Source of the DNA: an uncultured Lachnospiraceae bacterium | GTDB lineage: Bacteria; Bacillota; Clostridia; Christensenellales; UBA1242 | Reading direction: 5' to 3' | Length of the DNA stretch: 64,000 bases | Assembly: GCA_964383665.1 (NCBI GenBank) | Contig: CAYLHO010000002.1 | Coordinates: forward strand, 2,544-66,543 | Shown here: piece by piece, positions 57,315 to 64,000 of the stretch | Layout of the letters: every line of letters begins with the position of its first letter | Position numbering within the stretch: the first letter of the stretch is position 1 | Notes under the pieces: generated by a model | Database searches by the model: none | Seen by the model: only the letters and a program-made list of their open reading frames with translations | Told to the model about the DNA's origin: nothing | Position numbers and translations under genes: made by a program

Positions 57315-60300
57315 ATGTTTGAGTTATCAAATTTTGATTCCATTAAAATTGGAATCGCATCGCCGGAAAAAATTAGAGAATGGTCTCACGGGGAAGTAAC
57401 AAAACCAGAAACCATTAACTATCGCACGCAAAAACCCGAAAAAGACGGGCTTTTCTGCGAAAGAATTTTCGGACCAAAAAAAGACTGGGAATGCCATTGC
57501 GGAAAGTATAAACGCATTCGCTATAAAGGCGTTGTTTGCGACAAATGTGGCGTTGAGGTTACAAGCTCAAAAGTTAGAAGAGAAAGAATGGGGCATATTG
57601 AACTTGCTGCCCCTGTAACCCATATTTGGTTTTTCCGTTCTGTTCCATCAAGAATTGGAACAATTTTGGACATAACTCCAAAACTTTTGGAACAAGTTGT
57701 TTACTATGTTAGTTACATCGTTCTTGATCCTAAAGCTTCCCATTTTGCATATAAGCAAGTTATTTCCGACAAAGAATATCGTGAAGCACTTGAAACATAT
57801 GGCGAAAACGGATTCACTGTTGGAATGGGTGCGGAAGCTGTTAAAAAACTTTTAAGCGAAGTTGATCTTGAAAAAGAAGATAAGGAACTTAAACAAATTT
57901 TGCAAACAGCAAAAGGGCAAAAAAGATTAAAAGCGATTAAAAAACTTGAAATTGTTGATGCATTCTTAAAGAGTGGGAACAAACCTGAATGGATGGTTCT
58001 TGATGTTATTCCTGTTCTCCCTCCAGAACTTCGCCCAATGGTTCAACTTGATGGCGGAAGATTTGCAACAACCGACCTTAACGATTTATATCGTCGTGTT
58101 ATTAACAGAAATAACCGTCTTAAAAAACTTTTGGAACTTGGCGCTCCAGACGTTATCGTTAGAAACGAAAAACGTATGCTTCAAGAAGCAGTTGATGCTT
58201 TAATTGAAAACGGAAAACGCGGAAAAGCAATTCAAGGCGCTAAAGCAAGAGATTTGAAATCATTAACAGCAATGTTAACGGGAAAACAAGGACGTTTCCG
58301 TCAAAACTTGCTTGGAAAACGTGTTGACTACTCTGGACGTTCAGTTATTGTTGTTGGTCCAGAACTTAAAATGTATCAATGCGGCTTGCCAAAAGAAATG
58401 GCTCTTGAACTTTTCAAACCATTCATCATTAAACGTCTTGTTGAACTTAATCAATCAAATAACATTAAGAGCGCAAAACGCCTTATTGAACGCGAAAAAC
58501 CAATTGTTTGGGACGTTCTTGACGAAGTTATTAAAGACCACCCAGTTCTTTTGAACCGTGCTCCAACACTTCACCGTCTTGGAATTCAAGCGTTCGAACC
58601 TGTTTTGGTTGAAGGTAGAGCAATTAAACTCCACCCATCTGTTTGTTCGGGATTCAACGCGGACTTCGACGGTGACCAAATGCCAGTTCACGTTCCTCTT
58701 TCAATTGATGCAAGAACAGAAGCAAGAACTCTTATGCTTGCATCAAACAATATTTTGAAACTTTCCGATGGAAAACCAATTTGTAGCCCTGCTCAAGACA
58801 TCGTTCTTGGCTGCTACTACTTAACAATGATTCGCCCAGGAGCACTTGGAGAGAACAATATCTACTCATCATGCAACGAAGCAATCATGGCTCATCAAAC
58901 CGGGAACCTCGACATTCAAGCTCAAATTCAAGTTAGAAGAACAACCGAGGTTGATGGTGTTAAATATACCGACAGAATAACAACTTCTGTTGGAAGAATC
59001 ATATTTAACTGGGCAATCCCACAAAACTTGGGTTGGATTGACAGAACAAAACGCGAAAACTATAACGCACTTGAAGTTAACCAAGTTGTTAAGAAAGGCG
59101 ATCTTAGCAAAATTGTTAACATGGCTTTCAATAACCTTGGAACAACCGAAACTTCAAAAATGCTTGATAAAATTAAAGCAACAGGATTTAAATATTCAAC
59201 TCTGGGCTGCTTAACAATTAACGTTTACGACATGATTGTCCCTTCCGAAAAAGACGAAATCATTGCCGAAGCAGATAAAAAGGTTTTGGAAAACGATAAG
59301 TTCCTTGCAAGAGGACTTATAACCGAAGACGAAAAACTTACTGCAAACATCTCAATTTGGGCTGACACAACAAAGAAAGTTCAAGATGCCTTAATTTCTG
59401 ACTTAAGCGATTTCAACCCTCTTAAAATGATGGTTGTTTCTGGGGCTCGTGGTTCCAACGTTCAAGTTAACTCCCTTTGCGGAATGCGTGGAATTATGGC
59501 TGGTGCTTCAGGACAAAAAGTTGACGTTCCAATTCGTTCAAACCTTCGCGACGGCTTAACGCCAATTGAATATTTCCTTTCATCTCGTGGGGGACGTAAA
59601 GGGTTAACCGACACGGCGTTGAAAACTGCCGATTCTGGTTACTTAACAAGACGTCTTGTTGACATTTCACACAACGTTGTTATAAGCGAAGACGACTGTT
59701 TTGAAAGCCTTGGCGAAAAAGTTAAGGGAATGAAAGTAAGCCCAATTGTTCTTGACGGCGTTGTTATTGAACCAATTGAGGACAGAATTGCCGGAAGATT
59801 CACTGTTGATGCTGTTATCAATCCAGCAACAAAAGAAGTTATTGTTCCTGCAAACACAATGATAACCGAAGAAAAAGCAAAAGAAATTGCCGAAGCAGGA
59901 ATAACAGAAGTTACAATCAGAACTCTCTTAACATGTAAGAGCAAGCACGGTGTTTGTGCTAAATGTTATGGACGTAACATGGCAGGAAAAGACAAGGTTA
60001 ACATTGGCGAAGCAGTTGGAATTATTGCTGCTCAATCAATTGGTGAACCTGGAACACAGCTTACCATGAACAACAAGCACTTCTCGGGTGCTGTTGTTGC
60101 ATCGGACATCACTAAAGGTCTTCCTCGTGTTGAAGAAATTTTTGAAGCTAGAAAACCAAAAGGTGAGGCACAAATAACAGAAATTTCTGGAACAGTAACA
60201 GTTAAAGAAGAACCAAAGCGTTACTTAATAACAGTTCGCGGAGCAGATAATGAAGCGGAATATGAAATTAAGAAACCTGCATATCTTAAAGTTAAATCTG

Positions 60301-60833
60301 GCGATAAGATTGAAGCGGGAACAGCGCTTATGGAAGGATCGATCAATCCAACTGACCTTCTCAGAACAAAAGGACTTAAAGGCGTTCAAGACTATCTTCT
60401 TTCCGAAGTTATTTCAGTTTATCGTTCACAAGAAGTTAAGATTAATGATAAACACATTGAAGTTATCATAAGACAAATGCTTAAGAAAGTTAAGATTGAA
60501 GATGCTGGAACAACCGAACTTCTTCCAGGCGAAGTTGTTGATGTCTATCGCTATGAAGAAGAGAATATGAAGGCTTTAAGCGAAGGCGGAGTTCCTGCAA
60601 CAGCAAAGAGAATGCTTCTTGGAATAACAAAAGCTGCTCTTTCAACAGAATCCTTCCTTTCGGCTGCATCATTCCAAGAAACCTCAAGAGTTTTAACAGA
60701 TGCTGCGCTTAAGAGCAAGGTTGACACATTGCAAGGACTTAAAGAAAACGTTATCATTGGAAAACTTATCCCAGCTGGAACTGGTCTTAAGAGATATCGA
60801 AACCTTATGCCTGTTGAAACAAGCGAAGAATAA
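57315..60833 (+). CDS. rpoC: DNA-directed RNA polymerase subunit beta'
   Basis: RBS AGGAGAAAG. Motifs are the Zn ribbon [53 protein letters not shown] and [14 protein letters not shown]. Confidence 0.98.
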   Translation: MFELSNFDSIKIGIASPEKIREWSHGEVTKPETINYRTQKPEKDGLFCERIFGPKKDWECHCGKYKRIRYKGVVCDKCGVEVTSSKVRRERMGHIELAAPVTHIWFFRSVPSRIGTILDITPKLLEQVVYYVSYIVLDPKASHFAYKQVISDKEYREALETYGENGFTVGMGAEAVKKLLSEVDLEKEDKELKQILQTAKGQKRLKAIKKLEIVDAFLKSGNKPEWMVLDVIPVLPPELRPMVQLDGGRFATTDLNDLYRRVINRNNRLKKLLELGAPDVIVRNEKRMLQEAVDALIENGKRGKAIQGAKARDLKSLTAMLTGKQGRFRQNLLGKRVDYSGRSVIVVGPELKMYQCGLPKEMALELFKPFIIKRLVELNQSNNIKSAKRLIEREKPIVWDVLDEVIKDHPVLLNRAPTLHRLGIQAFEPVLVEGRAIKLHPSVCSGFNADFDGDQMPVHVPLSIDARTEARTLMLASNNILKLSDGKPICSPAQDIVLGCYYLTMIRPGALGENNIYSSCNEAIMAHQTGNLDIQAQIQVRRTTEVDGVKYTDRITTSVGRIIFNWAIPQNLGWIDRTKRENYNALEVNQVVKKGDLSKIVNMAFNNLGTTETSKMLDKIKATGFKYSTLGCLTINVYDMIVPSEKDEIIAEADKKVLENDKFLARGLITEDEKLTANISIWADTTKKVQDALISDLSDFNPLKMMVVSGARGSNVQVNSLCGMRGIMAGASGQKVDVPIRSNLRDGLTPIEYFLSSRGGRKGLTDTALKTADSGYLTRRLVDISHNVVISEDDCFESLGEKVKGMKVSPIVLDGVVIEPIEDRIAGRFTVDAVINPATKEVIVPANTMITEEKAKEIAEAGITEVTIRTLLTCKSKHGVCAKCYGRNMAGKDKVNIGEAVGIIAAQSIGEPGTQLTMNNKHFSGAVVASDITKGLPRVEEIFEARKPKGEAQITEISGTVTVKEEPKRYLITVRGADNEAEYEIKKPAYLKVKSGDKIEAGTALMEGSINPTDLLRTKGLKGVQDYLLSEVISVYRSQEVKINDKHIEVIIRQMLKKVKIEDAGTTELLPGEVVDVYRYEEENMKALSEGGVPATAKRMLLGITKAALSTESFLSAASFQETSRVLTDAALKSKVDTLQGLKENVIIGKLIPAGTGLKRYRNLMPVETSEE

Positions 60834-60845
60834 TAATAAAAATAA

Positions 60846-60879
60846 TAAAGAGAATTGAAAAATTCTCTTTATTTTTTTT
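60846..60879 (+). terminator. Rho-independent terminator after rpoC
   Basis: An 11-bp stem TAAAGAGAATT-gaaa-AATTCTCTTTA followed by T8. Confidence 0.8.
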
Positions 60880-60888
60880 GTCAAAAAA

Positions 60889-60896
60889 TGTATAAT
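60889..60896 (+). promoter_or_regulatory. -10 element (TG-TATAAT) positioned for a leaderless miaB-like transcript
   Basis: TATAAT at 60891-60896 is preceded by TG. The ATG at 60903 begins exactly 7 nt after the hexamer. There is no SD sequence and no good -35. Confidence 0.35.
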
Positions 60897-60902
60897 TAAA
60901 GT

Positions 60903-62048
60903 ATGTTTTACCATATCACAACTTTTGGATGTCAAATGAACGTCCACGAATCAGAAAAACTTGCCGGGATTTTGGAAAATCTTGGCTATTTGCCATGTGA
61001 AAAACTTGAAGATGCCGATGTTATTGTTTTTAACACTTGTGCAATTCGAGAAGGAGCAGAGGACAGGGCAATTGGAAACGTTGGGGCGCTTAAAAAACTT
61101 AAAAGAGAAAACCCAAACAAAATCATTGCAATTTGCGGCTGCATGACTCAACAAAAACAAGTTAGCGAAAGGGTTAAAAAAGTTTTCCCTTTTGTTGACA
61201 TAATTTTTGGAACAAAAAACATGGACCGATTTGAGGAATTTGTTAAAAGAGTTTTAAAAGCAAAAAGAGAGAACAAAAAAGAACGAATTGTTGAAATTGA
61301 CGATGTTGACAGGGTCTTTGAGAACCTTCCAATTTCACGAACAAGCGGAGACAACTTTTGGGTTAACATAATTTATGGCTGCAACAATTTCTGTTCATAT
61401 TGCATCGTTCCTTATGTTCGTGGAAGAGAAAGAAGCCGCGATAAAGAGGAAATACTTAAGGAAATCCAACAAATCATTAAGGAAAACTCAAACAGGCATA
61501 TAACAATAACTTTGCTTGGGCAAAACGTTAATTCCTATGGCAAAGATAAATATTCGGATTATGGATTTGCTTCGCTTCTTAAAGATATTTGCAAATTGGA
61601 AGGGGATTTTGAACTTACTTTTATGACGTCCCACCCCAAAGACATAACCGACGAAGTTATTGAAACAATTGCCAAAGAAAAGAAAATAAAGAAAGAACTT
61701 CATTTGCCGGTTCAATCGGGTTCGAACAAAATTCTTAAGGCAATGAACAGAAAATATACAATTGAAACTTATCTTGAAAAAGTTAACAAACTTAAATCCC
61801 TTCTCCCATCAATTCGCCTTACAACCGACATAATTGTTGGTTTTCCAGGAGAGGAAGAGGAGGATTTTGTTCAAACGTGCAACCTTGTTCGCGAGGTTGG
61901 ATATGACGGGATTTTTGCTTTTATGTTTTCGCCACGCCCAGGAACAGTTGCGGAGAAAATGGAAAATCAAGTTCCTTTTGAAATAAAAAACAGACGTGTT
62001 AACGAACTTTTAAATCTTGAAAAGGAAATTAAAGCGAAAAAAGCGTAA
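60903..62048 (+). CDS. miaB: MiaB-like radical SAM methylthiotransferase, apparently lacking the C-terminal TRAM domain
   Basis: The UPF0004 N-domain carries three Cys (TFGCQMN, FNTCAIRE, AICGCMTQ). The radical SAM motif is CNNFCSYC. The protein ends ...SPRPGTVAEKMENQVPFEIKNRRVNELLNLEKEIKAKKA at 381 aa. An in-frame TAA at 60897 prevents any upstream extension. Confidence 0.85.
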   Translation: MFYHITTFGCQMNVHESEKLAGILENLGYLPCEKLEDADVIVFNTCAIREGAEDRAIGNVGALKKLKRENPNKIIAICGCMTQQKQVSERVKKVFPFVDIIFGTKNMDRFEEFVKRVLKAKRENKKERIVEIDDVDRVFENLPISRTSGDNFWVNIIYGCNNFCSYCIVPYVRGRERSRDKEEILKEIQQIIKENSNRHITITLLGQNVNSYGKDKYSDYGFASLLKDICKLEGDFELTFMTSHPKDITDEVIETIAKEKKIKKELHLPVQSGSNKILKAMNRKYTIETYLEKVNKLKSLLPSIRLTTDIIVGFPGEEEEDFVQTCNLVREVGYDGIFAFMFSPRPGTVAEKMENQVPFEIKNRRVNELLNLEKEIKAKKA

Positions 62049-62088
62049 AAAATTTAATTTTTAAACAAAAAAATTAAAAGGAGCAAAT

Positions 62089-64000
62089 ATGGCAGGGTTA
62101 AGCAACATGATGAAGCACTACTTAAGCGTTAAGGAAAAATATCCAGATTGCATAATTTTCTATCGCCTTGGCGATTTTTATGAGATGTTTTTTGAGGACG
62201 CTGTTGAGGCTTCAAAGGTTTTAGATTTAACATTAACCGGACGCGATTGTGGGCTTGAAGAGCGCGCACCAATGTGTGGCGTTCCTTTCCATGCTTCCGA
62301 AACATACATTGCAAAACTTGTTGAAAACGGATACAAAGTTGCAATTTGCGAACAACTTTCCGACCCTAAAAAGGGCGAACTTGTTATTCGTGACGTTGTT
62401 CGGGTTGTAACTCCGGGAACAGTTATGGACGAAACCATGCTTGAGAAGTATCGAAACAACTATATTGCATCAATAAACATTAAACGCAACGAAAATCAAC
62501 TTACAATTGGGGTTGTATATTGCGATCTTTCAACAGGGGAGTTTGTTGCAGAGGAAATTGAAAACGAGGCTGCAAGAGCGCTTGACGAACTTGACGGAAC
62601 ATTAATTCGAATTTCGCCTTCCGAAATGTTTTGCAACAGCGAAAATATTGAGTTTTTGAAGGCGCTTATTGCGGTTAAATCGAAAAGTGTTGGGCAAATT
62701 GGGCAATATCTTTCGGAATCATATCCAAGCGAAAAAGTCCAAAGCATTTTAGAAATGCAGTTTGGGAAAAGCTACGATGTTAAAGCGAAAAGTCCTTTGG
62801 GAATTGCCGCTGCGTCTCTAATTTCATATTTAAAAGAAACCCAAAAACGCGGGCTCGACCATGTTAATGAAATTGTTAGGGCAAGTGAAAAAGATGTTAT
62901 GCACATCGACAGTGCAACAAGAAGAAATCTTGAATTAACCGAAACAATACGTGAGCATAAGAAACGCGGTTCTCTTCTTGCCGTTCTAGATAACACTTCA
63001 ACATGCATGGGAGGTCGTTTGTTTAGGAGTTGGCTTTCAAGCCCTCTTCAAAGCGACAGCGAAATTAATAAAAGACTTGATGCAACAGAAGAAATTATTT
63101 CAAACATTATTATCCGCGAGGATATGAAACGACTTTTAGCAAAAGTTTCCGATATCGAAAGAATTGCAGGTAGAATTGCATATGGGAATTTCAATCCTAA
63201 AGATGCGCTTGCCCTTAAACAAACAACAATTCAACTTCCAGAACTTAAAGAACTTCTTGCAAATTTTAAATCGAAAAAGTTAAAATGTTTTTTTGAGGAT
63301 TTCGACACTCTTGAAGACGTTTCTGAACTTTTGGAAAAAACAATTTCAGAAAATGCACCTGCGCTTCTTCGCGAGGGGAATGTTATTAAAGAAGGATATA
63401 ACAAGGAACTTGATGAATGTAAAAACGCAAAGGCTCTTGCTGCGGGGTGGCTTTCCGAACTTGAAGCAAAGGAGCGCGAACTTACAGGAATTAAAAATTT
63501 AAGAATTTCCTTTAACAAGGTTTTTGGCTATTTCATTGAGGTTAACAAAAGCCAAATTGGGAACGTTCCTTTCCGATATCAACGCAAACAAACAGTTGCA
63601 AACAACGAAAGATATATAACCGAGGACTTAAAAATTATTGAGGAAAAAGTTGAAACGGCAAACGAAAAAGCTTCGAAACTTGAAGTGGAAATTTTCACGC
63701 AAGTAAGAAATTTCCTTTTGGAAAATTTAAAAAGAATTCAAAGAGCGTCGAAAATGCTTGCCGAACTCGATTGTCTTTTAAGCGCGGCAATTTCTGCAAT
63801 TAAGAATAACTATTGCAAGCCAAAGGTTTCAAACAGAATTCATCATATCAAAATTCAAGCAGGCCGTCACCCAGTTGTTGAAGCGATTAACAAAGATGAG
63901 GTTTTTGTCCCAAACGACACGTTCCTTAACGAGGATTCAGATAAAACAATGATCATAACCGGGCCAAACATGGCAGGGAAAAGCACATATATGCGTCAGG
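62089..64000 (+). CDS. mutS: DNA mismatch repair protein MutS (N-terminal about 637 aa; continues past the right edge)
   Basis: RBS AAAGGAG. The sequence is MAGLSNMMKHYLSVKEKYPDCIIFYRLGDFYEMFFEDA...CGVPFH...KVAICEQ. It reaches the Walker A motif ITGPNMAGKSTYMRQ at the window end. It is absent from the track because no stop lies in the window. Confidence 0.95.
   Translation, partial: MAGLSNMMKHYLSVKEKYPDCIIFYRLGDFYEMFFEDAVEASKVLDLTLTGRDCGLEERAPMCGVPFHASETYIAKLVENGYKVAICEQLSDPKKGELVIRDVVRVVTPGTVMDETMLEKYRNNYIASINIKRNENQLTIGVVYCDLSTGEFVAEEIENEAARALDELDGTLIRISPSEMFCNSENIEFLKALIAVKSKSVGQIGQYLSESYPSEKVQSILEMQFGKSYDVKAKSPLGIAAASLISYLKETQKRGLDHVNEIVRASEKDVMHIDSATRRNLELTETIREHKKRGSLLAVLDNTSTCMGGRLFRSWLSSPLQSDSEINKRLDATEEIISNIIIREDMKRLLAKVSDIERIAGRIAYGNFNPKDALALKQTTIQLPELKELLANFKSKKLKCFFEDFDTLEDVSELLEKTISENAPALLREGNVIKEGYNKELDECKNAKALAAGWLSELEAKERELTGIKNLRISFNKVFGYFIEVNKSQIGNVPFRYQRKQTVANNERYITEDLKIIEEKVETANEKASKLEVEIFTQVRNFLLENLKRIQRASKMLAELDCLLSAAISAIKNNYCKPKVSNRIHHIKIQAGRHPVVEAINKDEVFVPNDTFLNEDSDKTMIITGPNMAGKSTYMRQ

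Overview
This is an AT-rich bacterial chromosome segment using the standard genetic code, with mostly GGAGG-type ribosome-binding sites. It reads like an endospore-forming Firmicute, probably Clostridia-like, because sleB and spoIIR sit at the left edge. I found no rRNA, CRISPR array, transposase, integrase or phage genes. Most of the window is housekeeping: tRNA-Arg(ACG), a NUDIX hydrolase, gatCAB divergent from gltX, a nucleoside hydrolase, a GT4+GT28 glycosyltransferase operon, valS-cca, gyrB-GNAT-gyrA, a PP-loop ttcA-like gene, rpoB-rpoC, a miaB-like gene and the 5' part of mutS. The outstanding feature is a two-gene operon at 25779-53319, about 27.5 kb or 43% of the window. It encodes two paralogous giant proteins of 5,893 and 3,272 aa. 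Each starts with a lipoprotein signal peptide with Cys at residue 24. Each is then built from Ig-like segments alternating with about ten modules rich in GGxxG-N-x-G-x-I-x-N/C repeats (GLUG-like, probably beta-helical). Neither has an LPXTG, SLH or choline-binding anchor, and neither has a recognisable catalytic motif. The operon sits directly upstream of rpoB, where ribosomal protein genes normally lie. Secondary observations: RpoC carries non-canonical residues in the catalytic-loop flank, bridge helix and trigger loop. RpoB has Gln at the position equivalent to E. coli His526. A GNAT gene is translationally coupled between gyrB and gyrA. The MiaB-like gene lacks a TRAM domain and looks leaderless. 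Eight phased A-tracts lie upstream of a consensus promoter. A signal-less DUF11-like protein is paired with a small Cys-rich ORF. All domain calls come from reading motifs by eye; no searches or computations were run.
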